Origin: Vicinamibacteria bacterium
Lineage (GTDB): Bacteria; Acidobacteriota; Vicinamibacteria; Marinacidobacterales; Marinacidobacteraceae
Reading direction: 5' to 3'
NCBI GenBank assembly: GCA_963668695.2
Contig: CAXXLQ010000004.1
Coordinates: forward strand, 448,001-512,000
DNA: 64,000 bases
Positions 49,411 to 62,088 of this stretch are shown one piece after another. Under the pieces are notes generated by a model, which was not told the origin of the DNA, made no database searches, and saw nothing but the letters and a program-made list of their open reading frames with translations. The stretch's first letter is position 1, and each line of letters starts with the position of its first letter. Both the position numbers and the translations under genes were made by a program.

Positions 49411-51710
49411 TCCGGATGGCTCCGGCGGTTTCCCACGGACGGTTTCGGCGTGGACTCGACTGCCGCCGCCGGGTCCGCTCCGGCCGCCGGATCCTCCGGG
49501 CCGCCTTGGGATTCGGTCGCGACGTCCGGGAGCGAGGCCGGGATCAGGGACCCGGCCGTGGGCGCAGGGGATTGGACGTCGTCCGCCACGGTGCGCAGAC
49601 GCCCCGCAGCCGGCGCGGCGGTCCCCGCGATCAGAGTGCTTTGTGTTGTTCCCGGTGTTGTTCCCGGTGTTGTTTCCGGTCCCGCGGCGTCGGCGCGGCG
49701 CAGCCGCCGGGCAACAACGTCACGCGCCGCGAGGCTCCGATCGGCCGGCGTTCCGTCCGGCGTTTCGTCGCGCCAGGAAGCGGGGGCCACCCGGCCGGTC
49801 CGATCTCTCCCGAGCTGGCGAATACCCCGGCCGGAACTGACCAGACGCTCGGTCCCCCATCCGGTCTTCCGATAGCGCCAGAGCACGCGGTCCGCGATCC
49901 TTCCGAACACGCGCGCCGCGTTGGCCCCGCTGTGGTTGGGCTTTTGGACGTCGAGGATCACCACCCCGGTGAACAGGGGATCGCCAGCGGGCGCAAAGCC
50001 GGCGAACGTGGCGGTGTAGTCGGTCGCCGAGTAGCCTCCCGGCTCCGCCTTCTGAGCGGTCCCGGTCTTCCCGGCGACGGAGAAGCCGTCCACGCCCGCG
50101 GCGCCGCCGGTTCCATTCTGGACGACCCCGACCAGAAGCTGGCCCACCCGGGCCGCAGTCATCGGGGTCACGACCCGGTGGCCGGTTGCGATCGGTTGCG
50201 CCTCCCCTCCGATCCCGCGGATCAGACGGAGGGGCAGGCGGACGCCGCCCGTTGCGATCGTGTTGACGCCCTGGACGAGCTGGACGGGAGTCACGGCGAT
50301 CCCCTGGCCGAAGGACACGGTCGCCAGCCGGATCGGTCGCCACACACCCCTGGCCGGCACGATTCCGCGACTCTCCGCGCCGAGCGGCAGCCCCGTCGGT
50401 TCTCCGAATCCGAAGGCGTCCAGATATGCGTGGAGGGTTTCGGAGCCGAGGCGCGAAGCAACCTGAAGGGTGCCGATGTTGGAGGAGCGCTGGATCACGC
50501 CGGCAAAGGTCAGCGGCCCGAGCGGTTGCCAGTCGCGGACGACCCGCCCGCCGATGCGGTAGCTGCCCCCAAAGGTGTCGAACTGCTCTCCCTCATCCGT
50601 CACTCCCTCCTCGAGAGCGGCGGCGGCGGTGAAGATCTTGAAGACCGATCCGGGCTCGTACGGATCGGTGATCGACCGATTGGCGAGCGTCGCCGTGGGA
50701 TATTCCTCTGCCTGGTTCGGGTCGAAGGACGGAGCGCTGGCCATCGCCAGCACCTCGCCGGTCTGGGGCTCAACCAGAATGACGGCGCCCGAAGTTGCCG
50801 AAAACTCGGCGACGGCCCGCTCGAGTTCTTCCTCGGCAACAGCCTGCAGGTAGGAATCGATCGTCAGTTCGATGTCGGCCCCCGGGCGCGACTCCCGCAC
50901 CACGCGGCTTCCCCGGCCCGTTCGCCGGCCGTCGGTCCAGACGGTGCGGCGTCCGGGCTCTCCTCGCAGCACCCCGTCAAGGGCGAACTCGATGCCCCCC
51001 AGGCCGTCGTTGTCCGCCCCCACGAAACCCAGAACGTGAGCGGCGAGTTCGGCGCCGGGATAGAAGCGGCCGTATTCCTCGATGGTCCCCACCGGGAAAC
51101 CGGTTTCGCTGGCGCACGCGACCTGAGACGCCGTGGCCTTGCGCTTGAGCCAGGAGAACCGGGAGGCGCGCCGCAGTCGTCGCTCGACCAGGGCGCTCGG
51201 TACCTCGAGACACGCTGAGAGACGACCCGCCGCTTCCGGGATCGCCGCCGCTGAGTAATCGGGCGGGACCACATACACCGAGTCCACCGCGACGGTGAGC
51301 GCCAGTGGCCTCCCGTTGCGGTCGTAGATCCTCCCGCGGAACGGCGGAATGGTGAGTTCGTGATGATGTTGACTGGCGGCGCGCCGCACCATGGTTTCGT
51401 GATCGAGAACCTGGATCTGGACCAGTTGGCCGAGGATCAGCGCCGCCCACACCCCAATCAGGACCGCGCCCACCACCGCCCGCCGCCGCAGCGCCGCTCT
51501 CCCGTCGTTTCCCGACGATCCGGCGCCGGTGCCCGTGGACGGCGGCGGGAATTCCGGAGCGGCGGCGGGTGAAGGTTCGCGCCGGCGCTTCGGCCGGCGA
51601 GACGCCTCCCGGGCCGCCGATCGAAGGAGCGGCGCCGGGATATCGGGGAACAGGCTGTTCGGAGGGCGTTTCCACCCACCTGAGCCCGGGTTCGGTCGCC
51701 GGGGGCTCAT
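49407..51710 (-). CDS. ftsI: Division transpeptidase PBP3
   Basis: RGRIYDRNG, EPGSVFK (SxxK), SSN, KTGT. Confidence 0.93.
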   Translation of the reverse strand: MSPRRPNPGSGGWKRPPNSLFPDIPAPLLRSAAREASRRPKRRREPSPAAAPEFPPPSTGTGAGSSGNDGRAALRRRAVVGAVLIGVWAALILGQLVQIQVLDHETMVRRAASQHHHELTIPPFRGRIYDRNGRPLALTVAVDSVYVVPPDYSAAAIPEAAGRLSACLEVPSALVERRLRRASRFSWLKRKATASQVACASETGFPVGTIEEYGRFYPGAELAAHVLGFVGADNDGLGGIEFALDGVLRGEPGRRTVWTDGRRTGRGSRVVRESRPGADIELTIDSYLQAVAEEELERAVAEFSATSGAVILVEPQTGEVLAMASAPSFDPNQAEEYPTATLANRSITDPYEPGSVFKIFTAAAALEEGVTDEGEQFDTFGGSYRIGGRVVRDWQPLGPLTFAGVIQRSSNIGTLQVASRLGSETLHAYLDAFGFGEPTGLPLGAESRGIVPARGVWRPIRLATVSFGQGIAVTPVQLVQGVNTIATGGVRLPLRLIRGIGGEAQPIATGHRVVTPMTAARVGQLLVGVVQNGTGGAAGVDGFSVAGKTGTAQKAEPGGYSATDYTATFAGFAPAGDPLFTGVVILDVQKPNHSGANAARVFGRIADRVLWRYRKTGWGTERLVSSGRGIRQLGRDRTGRVAPASWRDETPDGTPADRSLAARDVVARRLRRADAAGPETTPGTTPGTTQSTLIAGTAAPAAGRLRTVADDVQSPAPTAGSLIPASLPDVATESQGGPEDPAAGADPAAAVESTPKPSVGNRRSHPE

Positions 51711-52090
51711 TGCGGGTCCGAACTCCCTGGATCCAGAAGCACCCCGGCGGCGCCCGGGGCTTCGAGCACCACCCGCTCCCCGGCGGGTTCCAACCCATAT
51801 GTTTCCCGGGCAATCCGCTCAACGGACCGCGGGTCGGTGAGTTCGCTCAGCTCGAGTTGGTACCGCTCGATGTCTTTTTCGAGCTGGTCCCGCTCCAGGC
51901 GCAGTTCTTCCACCCGGTAGCCGAGCCGGATTGCTTCGAGGTGCGGCCAGGTGGCGGCGACCGCCGCCGCCAGGGCGAAGATGCCGATGGCGAGATAGAG
52001 AAGAAGCTGCGCGTACCGGGTGCGGTCGAGTTTCCGGTGCAGCCACTGGTTGTCCGGGCGGTAGGTCACCTCGAAACGTTCCGGAGTCAT
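51707..52090 (-). CDS. ftsL: Cell division protein FtsL
   Basis: TM plus coiled coil, ERIARE; lies between rsmH and ftsI. Confidence 0.8.
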   Translation of the reverse strand: MTPERFEVTYRPDNQWLHRKLDRTRYAQLLLYLAIGIFALAAAVAATWPHLEAIRLGYRVEELRLERDQLEKDIERYQLELSELTDPRSVERIARETYGLEPAGERVVLEAPGAAGVLLDPGSSDPQ

Positions 52091-53034
52091 CGTCCATCTC
52101 CCTCAGGGCGCGCAGCCTCCCCCGGGGCCTCTTCGATGCGGCGCAAGATGCGGAGGCAAGCACTCCGCGACCGGCGGTTCGCGCTGGACTCGTCTTCGTC
52201 CGGACGAATGGGCCGCCGCGTGCCCACCTCGAACCGGGACTCCTCGGCCAGTCGCCGGAAAGTGTGCTTTACGGGGCGATCCTCCCCGGAGTGATAGGAG
52301 ATCACGGCCAGGACGCCGTCCTTCCGGAGCCGGGCGGGGGCCTCGTGCAGTGCGGCCGCGAGGACCTGCGGCTCGCGATTCACCGCGGAACGGACCGCGA
52401 GGAAGGTCCGGGTGGCGGGATCGATGCGCCCCCGCCGAGGACCGACGGCGGCGATCACCGCCGCGCGCAGATCTCCGGTCGTGCGGAGCGGCCGACGCCC
52501 CACGATGCGCCAGGCGATGGCGCGGGACCGGCGCTCCCCCATCCCGAACAGCAGATCGGCGATCTCCCGCTCCTCGAGCCGGTCGAGCAGTTCGGCCGCC
52601 GTCTCCCCCGAGCCCGGGTCGAACCGCATGTCCAGCGGGCCGTCGTGCCGGAGCGAAAAACCGCGTTCCGGCGTTTCGAGCTGCGGGCTGGAAAGCCCGA
52701 GGTCGAGAAGGATCCCGTCCACCAGGTCCCAACCCACGCGGTCCAGCGCGGAACCAAGCTCGGAGAAGTCCCCCGCGAGGAAGCGGAAGCGAGGCTCCCC
52801 GGCGGCCAGCGCGGCCGCGGCCGGCGCCGCCTCCGGATCCTTGTCGAGACCCAGCACCTCAGCACCCGGAGCGGCCTCGAGGATGGCTTTCGTGTGTCCG
52901 CCGCGCCCGAAAGTGCCATCGACATAACGTCCGGCGGAGCGCGGTGCCAGCCAGCGCAGCACCGTGTCCCGCAGCACCGGCACGTGCGCCGGCGATTCGG
53001 GTGTCATGGGCGCGGTCATCTTGGGCGCGGTCAT
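52087..53034 (-). CDS. rsmH: 16S rRNA m4C1402 methyltransferase
   Basis: HVPVL, DGTFGRGGH, DLGLSSPQL, PLDMR, ISYHSGEDR; start approximate. Confidence 0.95.
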   Translation of the reverse strand: MTAPKMTAPMTPESPAHVPVLRDTVLRWLAPRSAGRYVDGTFGRGGHTKAILEAAPGAEVLGLDKDPEAAPAAAALAAGEPRFRFLAGDFSELGSALDRVGWDLVDGILLDLGLSSPQLETPERGFSLRHDGPLDMRFDPGSGETAAELLDRLEEREIADLLFGMGERRSRAIAWRIVGRRPLRTTGDLRAAVIAAVGPRRGRIDPATRTFLAVRSAVNREPQVLAAALHEAPARLRKDGVLAVISYHSGEDRPVKHTFRRLAEESRFEVGTRRPIRPDEDESSANRRSRSACLRILRRIEEAPGEAARPEGDGR

Positions 53035-53149
53035 CTCAGGCTGGGTCCAAAAGGAGGGACCCACCCGGAACGCCGGAAGCGGGAAACGGACCGGCGCCGG
53101 ACGGGGAGCGGAGGGAAGCTGAGAGAGCATGCCGGCCGGAACCCAGGAG

Positions 53150-53590
53150 TCAGATTCCCTCCTGGTGTGCGAGCTTCAGATCGTCGTCGGTAAGCGGGTC
53201 GTCGGTGATCCGCGAGAACAGGGTTGCGTGGTTCCACACTTCGAGATAGCGCTCCATCCCCAGGACATCCACCTTCCCGACGATGTTCGCCAGGGTCCGA
53301 AGGTGTTGGGGAAGAACGATCCGGTGCTGCGTATCGAGCTCGACTTGCTGTCCGTAGAAGTTCGTGATGCGGGAGAACCTGCGCCAAGTCGGATGGAGTT
53401 CTCCCAACTTGCGCACACGGGCCACCATGTCCTCCCAGACCTTCATCGGGTAGATGGAGGCGCTGTGTCCGTCGAGGCTGGTAACGAAGACCTGGGTGCC
53501 GAGCTGTTCCAGCGTTTCAAGAAACGCGGCCGGGACCTTCAGCCTTCCCTTCACATCCACGGTGGCGGGGTGGTTGCCGTGGGGAAACAC
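53150..53590 (-). CDS. mraZ: Transcriptional repressor MraZ
   Basis: DVKGRLKVP, ELDTQHRIVLP, YLEVWN; first gene of the dcw cluster. Confidence 0.92.
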   Translation of the reverse strand: MFPHGNHPATVDVKGRLKVPAAFLETLEQLGTQVFVTSLDGHSASIYPMKVWEDMVARVRKLGELHPTWRRFSRITNFYGQQVELDTQHRIVLPQHLRTLANIVGKVDVLGMERYLEVWNHATLFSRITDDPLTDDDLKLAHQEGI

Positions 53591-53687
53591 GAGGTCTGAA
53601 GGGGCTTGGTGAGGTCTGCGGTTGCCTGCCCGCCCACTCCAGGACCTGAGTCTGGATTTAATCGTAGAATGAGAGGGAAAGGTTCTG

Positions 53688-53725
53688 TATTTTTACCACT
53701 TCTAGCCACAATTTTCCACCACAAG
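53688..53725 (-). promoter_or_regulatory. dcw promoter region with MraZ-box-like GTGG repeats
   Basis: Minus strand TGTGGTGGAAAATTGTGGCTAGAAGTGGTAAAAT: GTGG at 10-nt spacing in an AT-rich patch. Confidence 0.6.
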
Positions 53726-53754
53726 AACCGTACTCGCCCCCGGTGACCGCCTAG

Positions 53755-53933
53755 CAGCCTGTGGTGAAACCCACGTGAGCGCCGAGGCCGGTGAGGCGCC
53801 CGGCTGACAAGGCGCGTGAGGGAGGAATACCCGGTGTATTTCGACCGAAACGCAACGCCGAACGCAGCGAAGCGGAGTGGTTCAGCCGGGATGGATCGCC
53901 GGTCGAACGCCACGTGGGTTTTGCCACCGGCTG
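53755..53933. mobile_element. MITE family A, empty reference copy (179 bp) with CTAG duplication
   Basis: CTAG-CAGCCTGTGGTG...GCCACCGGCTG-CTAG. Confidence 0.9.
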
Positions 53934-53944
53934 CTAGCCCCACA

Positions 53945-54205
53945 AGGGCCGGCCCGTTCTCCCGTTGGGGGCCGCCACCGCGGCCCGGAGGTCGGAAACG
54001 CCGACCGGTTCTCGCGGTAGCGGCCTTCAGACCGGCACCGGCAGCCCGGAGGTGAGGAACGCCGGGCAGTCCTCCCGGTGGGGCCCTTCAGACCCCCACC
54101 GGGAGAACTGGCCGGCACCGCGGCCGCAGGCCGCGAAACTCCCATCGCCAACCGCGAAAAAGCGCGGGGACGGCTGGAAGCGCCGACCTCTGGTCGGCAC
54201 TGCGG
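53945..54205. repeat. REP-like hairpin cluster with three 18-bp units or variants
   Basis: GGCCTTCAGACCGGCA empty at about 54022 and filled at 54058-54118; GCGCCGACCTCTGGTCGGCA. Confidence 0.7.
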
Positions 54206-54317
54206 CAGGCTACGATGCTCAGCACTTGGTCCCCGCCGGACTCGCCGAAAGGCCCCGGCGGGGTTATTCGTGTCCGACCGCGCTTGGCCTCAAGCGCGCT
54301 GTTTCGTTCGCCGGCCC

Positions 54318-55382
54318 TCAGCCCACGTGGAACCGGATCACCAGCACGTCCCCATCCTGGACCGGATAGTCCTTCCCCTCCAGCCGTAGCGCTCCCGCCT
54401 TCCGCGCGCCGTCCCAGGAGCCGCAGTCCACCAGCCTGTCGTAGGAGACCACTTCCGCCCGGATGAATCCCCGCTCCAGATCGGAGTGGATCTCGCCGGC
54501 AGCCTCCTGGGCCCGCGTATTCCGGCGGATCAGCCAGGCCCGCGACTCGGTGTCGCTGGCGGTGTAGAAGGTCGCGCGGTCCATCAACTCGAAGATGGCC
54601 CGGACGATCCGCTCGGCGGCGCCCGCCTCGACCCCGATGTCCCGCCGGAACTCGGCGGCGTCTTCCTCGGGAAGCTCCGCGATTTCCGCCTCGATCCGGG
54701 CCGAGACCGCCGCGAGCCGGGTCTCCGGACGCCGGGCGATCTCGTCGAGCCCCGGCCAACTCGCGGGGTCCCGTGCGGCCTCCGTGTCGCCGGCGTTCAC
54801 GACCAGGAGTTGCGGCTTCGCACTCATCAACCCGTAGCCGGCAAGGCGTTTCCGGTCCTCCGCGCTCAGCGCCTCGCGTACCGGAACTTCCCCTTCCACC
54901 GCCTGACGCGCCCGGTCGAGCAGGTCACGCTCTCCCCGCACCGCTTCCGGTTTGCCCCGGGCCCGATCCGCGTCGAGCCGCGTAATCCTCTTCTCGAGAA
55001 CCGCCAGATCGGCCAGCAGCAGCTCCAGCTCCAGATTCGCGGCATCGCGCCCGGCGTCTACCGAGTCGAACGGCGTGGGAACCGTCGGATCCTCGAAGGC
55101 GCGCACGGCGTGGACGATCGCGTCCACCTCCCGAAGCGCCGCCAGGTTTTCCGTCTGACCCGAGGCTCCCCGCCGGAGCGCGGGGATGAGCACCACCTCG
55201 ACGGTGGCGGGAGTGGTCTTTTTCGATTCGTGGAGGCGCGTCAGCGTTTCGAGCCGCTCGTCGGGAACGGCCAGCACGCCGCGCTTCGCACCGGCCGCAA
55301 AGCCCACCTGGGCCACCTGGGTCAGGAGCGAAAAGAGGGTCTTCTTGCCGGAAGCGGCAAACCCGACGATACCGGCGCGCAC
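54318..55382 (-). CDS. ychF: YchF-like protein (DUF933/TGS) with degenerate NTPase motifs
   Basis: AAGEIHSDLERGFIRAEV, RLEGKDYPVQDGDV; P-loop reads GFAASGKK. Confidence 0.8.
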   Translation of the reverse strand: MRAGIVGFAASGKKTLFSLLTQVAQVGFAAGAKRGVLAVPDERLETLTRLHESKKTTPATVEVVLIPALRRGASGQTENLAALREVDAIVHAVRAFEDPTVPTPFDSVDAGRDAANLELELLLADLAVLEKRITRLDADRARGKPEAVRGERDLLDRARQAVEGEVPVREALSAEDRKRLAGYGLMSAKPQLLVVNAGDTEAARDPASWPGLDEIARRPETRLAAVSARIEAEIAELPEEDAAEFRRDIGVEAGAAERIVRAIFELMDRATFYTASDTESRAWLIRRNTRAQEAAGEIHSDLERGFIRAEVVSYDRLVDCGSWDGARKAGALRLEGKDYPVQDGDVLVIRFHVG

Positions 55383-55611
55383 GAGGCGGTGATGGTAGCC
55401 GTGCGGACCCGGGACGTCGGCAAGCGACAGCTCCGGGGAACCATCGGCATGAGCCTTGCTTGCGCATCGTGGCGTACGCGTCGGGACTGAAAGAGCCCGG
55501 TGGCCGCCAGTGCTGCGGGCCCTCGAAGGCGCGCGCCCAAGGAAGAGACGAAAAGACCGTGACGGGCGGTTGCGGGGCGTCCACCGGTCGCGCGACTGGC
55601 AGGAGACGGAA

Positions 55612-57018
55612 ATGACGATCCGACTGTTCATGATTCTTGGAGTTCTGCTTGGGTGCCAGGCCTGCGACGACGACTCCACGGCACCGACCAGCCCACAGCG
55701 GATGCGGACGCCGACTCCGCCCCCCGCTCCGGAGCCTGACCCCGGACCCGGTCCGGTGCCGCCCGAGATCGCGGCGTGGGTCGAGGCCAATGCGCTTCCA
55801 TTCAGCGGAACCCACCTGTCGCTTCCCCACACGGATATCGAGTTCCTGCGCGACCTGGTGGGCGATGCCCGGATCGTCGCCCTCGGAGAAAACACGCACG
55901 GCACCCGCGATTTCTTCGAGATGAAGGCCCGGATTCTCCGCTTCCTCGTCGAGGAGATGGGCTTCAACACCTTCGCCATCGAGGCGACCTGGCCCGAATC
56001 CCTCCTCCTGGACCGCTATGTGCGCACCGGCGAGGGCGACCCGGCGCGGCTCCTCGCCGGGCTCTACTTCTGGACCTGGAACACGGAATCGGTGCTCGAA
56101 ATGATCGAGTGGATGCGGGAGCACAACGAAGCCGGCGGCGACGTCGGTTTCCACGGGTTCGACATGCAGTATCCGGGGATGGCCCTCGATAACGTCCTCG
56201 AGTACGTCGGAGAAGTGGACCCCGACCGGGTTGACGAAGTCACCATGCTGGTGGAATGCCTGCAGTTCTACGCGAACCGCGACGGCGGCAGGTTTCCACG
56301 TGACCGGTACGACGACCTGAGCGCAACCTATCGGGCCGAGTGTGGCCAGTCCCTCCAAGAAGCGCGTGAACTGCTCCTGGCGAACGGGGAGGAGTACGAG
56401 GCAGTGTCGGGAGAAGACGCCTTTGAAGTGGCCCTCCAGAGCCTGCGGGTCGCGTTCCAGTACCACCTCAACGCTACCGGCCACCAGTATCGCGACGAGT
56501 CCATGGCCGAGAACACGGAATGGATCAGCCGCCGGATCGGCCCGGAGGGACGGATGGTGCTCTGGGCGCACAACTACCACGTCTCGAATCAGAGGTATGC
56601 GCAGGGTTCGTATCTGAAGGAGACGTTCGGCGACGACATGCTCGTGCTTGCCTTCACGCACGAACGCGGCAACTTCACGGCGTATAGCCGAAACGCCCAG
56701 AGCAATCAGGCGTGGGAGCTCGATCCCCCGGTCGCGGATTCGGTCGAGCACTACCTGTCAGCCGCTTCCGCCCCGCAGTTCATTCTGGACCTGCGCGAGG
56801 TGGACGAGAACACGGTTGGCGGTTCGTGGCTCACCGAGCCCCGCCAGACGCGCCACATCGGTTGTTGCTACGAGCAGGACGAGCCAGAGGGCTACTGGGT
56901 CTCCCGCCGGATGACGGCGCTCTACGACGTGATCGCCCACTTCGAGTCCACCGAAGCGACCACCGTCCTTCCCTTCTACCTCTCGGTCTTCGAGACGGAC
57001 GGAGTCGGAAGCCGATAG
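55612..57018 (+). CDS. Erythromycin esterase family protein, probable lipoprotein
   Basis: IVALGENTHGTRDF, RDESMAEN, VLWAHNYH; Cys after hydrophobic signal peptide. Confidence 0.88.
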   Translation: MTIRLFMILGVLLGCQACDDDSTAPTSPQRMRTPTPPPAPEPDPGPGPVPPEIAAWVEANALPFSGTHLSLPHTDIEFLRDLVGDARIVALGENTHGTRDFFEMKARILRFLVEEMGFNTFAIEATWPESLLLDRYVRTGEGDPARLLAGLYFWTWNTESVLEMIEWMREHNEAGGDVGFHGFDMQYPGMALDNVLEYVGEVDPDRVDEVTMLVECLQFYANRDGGRFPRDRYDDLSATYRAECGQSLQEARELLLANGEEYEAVSGEDAFEVALQSLRVAFQYHLNATGHQYRDESMAENTEWISRRIGPEGRMVLWAHNYHVSNQRYAQGSYLKETFGDDMLVLAFTHERGNFTAYSRNAQSNQAWELDPPVADSVEHYLSAASAPQFILDLREVDENTVGGSWLTEPRQTRHIGCCYEQDEPEGYWVSRRMTALYDVIAHFESTEATTVLPFYLSVFETDGVGSR

Positions 57019-57129
57019 ACCCGCCGCTCATGGCCTCCACCGGGAGAAACGCCCATGATCGGGTCCGCCTGCACGCCGCGCCAGTCATGAAAAAAGCGCG
57101 GCCCTCGCCTTGGCAGGGCGCAACGTCAT

Positions 57130-57285
57130 CGGCGCCGGTTTCGCGCTCCCGCGCGATGCCGGCCGGAGGCCAGCGTTCCAAGTCGTCCCCGCGTTCCTTC
57201 TCGTTCGGCAGTACGCGGTTTCGCGGCCCGGTGGGCCGCGATGCCGGCCAGTTCTCCCGGTGGGGGCGTGAACACCGGCGTTCCC
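57130..57285. repeat. BIME-like REP unit with one 18-bp unit
   Basis: Aligns with 7450-7625; the first hairpin is empty here but filled at 7495. Confidence 0.7.
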
Positions 57286-57289
57286 CGCC

Positions 57290-59199
57290 TCAGAGATCCA
57301 GCGCGGCCGGGTCGGGGGCGCCGTCACGGATGAGCAGTCGGCGCTCGGCGGGGTCCTTGCCCATCAGCTTGACGATGAAGGCGTCCGCGGTTTTTCGGTC
57401 GGGGATTTCCACCCGGAGGAGACTCCGGGTCTCGGGGTTCAGCGTCGTGTCCCACAGCACCTTGGGCTGCATCTCCCCGAGACCCTTGAAGCGGGTGATC
57501 GTCGGGTTCTTCGCGCCCGCGTTCCGGAGGATGACTTCCTTGTCCGCCTCGTCCCGGGCCCAGTGGGTCGTGCTCCCGATATCAACCCGGTAGAGCGGCG
57601 GCTGCGCGACAAAGATCCGTTCCGCTTCGAGCAGCTTCCACATGAACTTGACGAAGTAGGCGAGCAGCAGGGTCGTGATGTGGTTCCCGTCGGCATCGGC
57701 GTCGGCGAGCAGCACCACCCTCCGGTAGCGAAGCTTTTCGGGGTCGCAGTCGTCGCCGGTCCCGCAACCCAGCGCGAGCGCGATGTCCCTCAGCTCGGCG
57801 TTGTCGGCAACCTTCGCCCGGGTAGCCTGCGCGGCGTTCAGGATCTTGCCCCGGAGAGGGAGCACGGCCTGGCGCATGCGGTCCCGCCCCTGTTTCGCGG
57901 ACCCTCCGGCGGAGTCTCCTTCGACGATGAATATCTCGGTCTCCTCGGCATTCCTCAGGGCGCAGTCGCTCAGTTTGCCCGGCAGGACGCTGCGGGTCCT
58001 GGTTTCGGCCTTTCGGGAGACCGCCGCCGATGCGGCGCGCGACGCCTCGCGGGCCCGGGCGGCGAGCACCACCCGGTTCGCGATCCGCTCCGCCGCGGTG
58101 GGCGACTGATTGAGCCAGCGCTCGAGTTCGAGGCGCACGGCGGCGTCGACCGGCGCCCGCACCTCGGGGTTGTTCAGCCGATCCTTCGTCTGACCCTGGA
58201 ACTGAGGGTTCGGCAGGAACATGCTGAGGATCGCGAGCACCCCCTCCCGTACGTCTTCGGCCGCGATGGTCAGGCCCCGCGGGATCAGGGAATGGGTCTC
58301 GAGGTAGTTCCGGACGGCCTTGGAGAGTCCGTCGCGGAGACCCGTTTCGTGGGACCCGCCGGACCCCGTCGGGATCCCGTTGACGTAACTGCGGAACTCC
58401 TCGCGCGGAGCCTCGGTCCAGCCGAGCACCAGTTCCAGGCGGCCTTCGCCGTCGAGCGGATCCCGCGAAAGCTCGAACGCCGCCTCGTGGGCCAGGGTCA
58501 GCTTCCGGTCCCGGACCACGGCGTCGAAGTAGTCGGGCAGGCCGCGCGCCTGCTTCCAGTCGTGCGCTTCCCCGGACGCTTCGTCCGAGAAGGTCAGTTG
58601 AAGACCCCGGTGGAGGTAGCTGGTCTCGCGCATCCGGGCGGCGATCCGCTTTCCGTCGAGCTTCGGGTCCGGAAAGATCTCGGGATCGGGCAGAAAGGCG
58701 ATCTCCGTGCCGGTGCCCTTGCCCGAGCCGGTCTCCTTCAGTTTCCCGAGGGGCTTGCCGCGCCGGAAACGCATTTCCCACTGCCGGCGGTGGCGCCGCA
58801 CCTTCGCCGTAAGCGAACAGCTCAGCGCGTTCACCACCGAGGCCCCGACGCCGTGCAGGCCGCCGGAAGCGTGGTACGCCCCCCGATCGAACTTCCCGCC
58901 CGCGTGGAGCGTCGTGAGGATCACCTCGATGGCGGGCTTCCCGGAGGGTTTGTGGACATCCACCGGGATCCCGCGGCCGTTGTCCGTGACACAAAGCTCG
59001 CCGCTCTTCTTGAGGGTCACATCAATCCGGGACGCGTGCCCATTCATGGCTTCGTCCACGCTGTTGTCCAGGATTTCCCACACCAGGTGGTGGAGTCCCT
59101 CGACGTCCGTTCCCCCGATGTACATCGCCGGGCGCTTCCTCACCGGCGCGAGACCCTCGAGGACGGTGATGTCGCGGGCGGTGTAGTCGTCCCGGGGGC

Positions 59200-59203
<4 letters not shown>
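57290..59203 (-). CDS. parE: Type II topoisomerase subunit B (ParE-like)
   Basis: [48 protein letters not shown]; no large GyrB insertion. Confidence 0.8.
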
Positions 59204-61551
<2,348 letters not shown>

Positions 61552-61558
61552 GGGTTAA

Positions 61559-61809
61559 CAGCCTGTGGTGGAACCCGGGTGAGCGCCGAGCCCGGTGAGG
61601 CCCAGTTCTCCCGGTGGGGCCAGTTCTCCCGGTGGGGGCCCGGCTGACAAGGCGCGTGAGGGAGGAATACCGGGTGTATTTCGACCGAAACGCAACGAAG
61701 AACGCCAGTTCTCCCGGTGGGGGGGCGAAGCGGAGTGGTTCAGCCGGGATGGATCGCCGGGCGAGCCCCCACCGGGAGAACTGGGCCGCCTGGGTTTCAC
61801 CACAGGTTG
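61559..61809. mobile_element. MITE family A with four inserted units (251 bp), TTAA duplication
   Basis: 18-mers at 61602, 61620 (tandem), 61705 and 61767. Confidence 0.88.
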
Positions 61810-61813
61810 TTAA

Positions 61814-62046
61814 CAGCCTGAGGACGGAGTGACGTGAGCGCCGAGGCCAGTGAGGTGCCCGGCTGACAAGGCGCGCGCGAGAGGAGCCCCCACCGGGAGA
61901 ACTGGGCCGAGTGTATTTCGAGCGAGGCGCAACGATGAGCGCCGCGAAGCGGCGCGGCCAGTTCTCCCGGTGGGGGCCAGCCGGAGTACATCGCTGGCCG
62001 AGCCCCCACCGGGAGAACTGGGCCGCGTCACTCTGTTCTCCGGCTG
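61814..62046. mobile_element. MITE family A with three inserted units (233 bp), in tandem with the previous copy
   Basis: Shares TTAA 61810-61813; 18-mers at 61888, 61958 and 62004. Confidence 0.85.
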
Positions 62047-62088
62047 TTGGCGGTTTACCGGGCAGCGGCCGGCGCCGGAGCGGAGAGA

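Noticed and set aside
55612-57018. Acquired macrolide resistance gene
   Set aside because: Family membership alone does not imply resistance; it has a lipoprotein-like signal and no cassette or transposon context.
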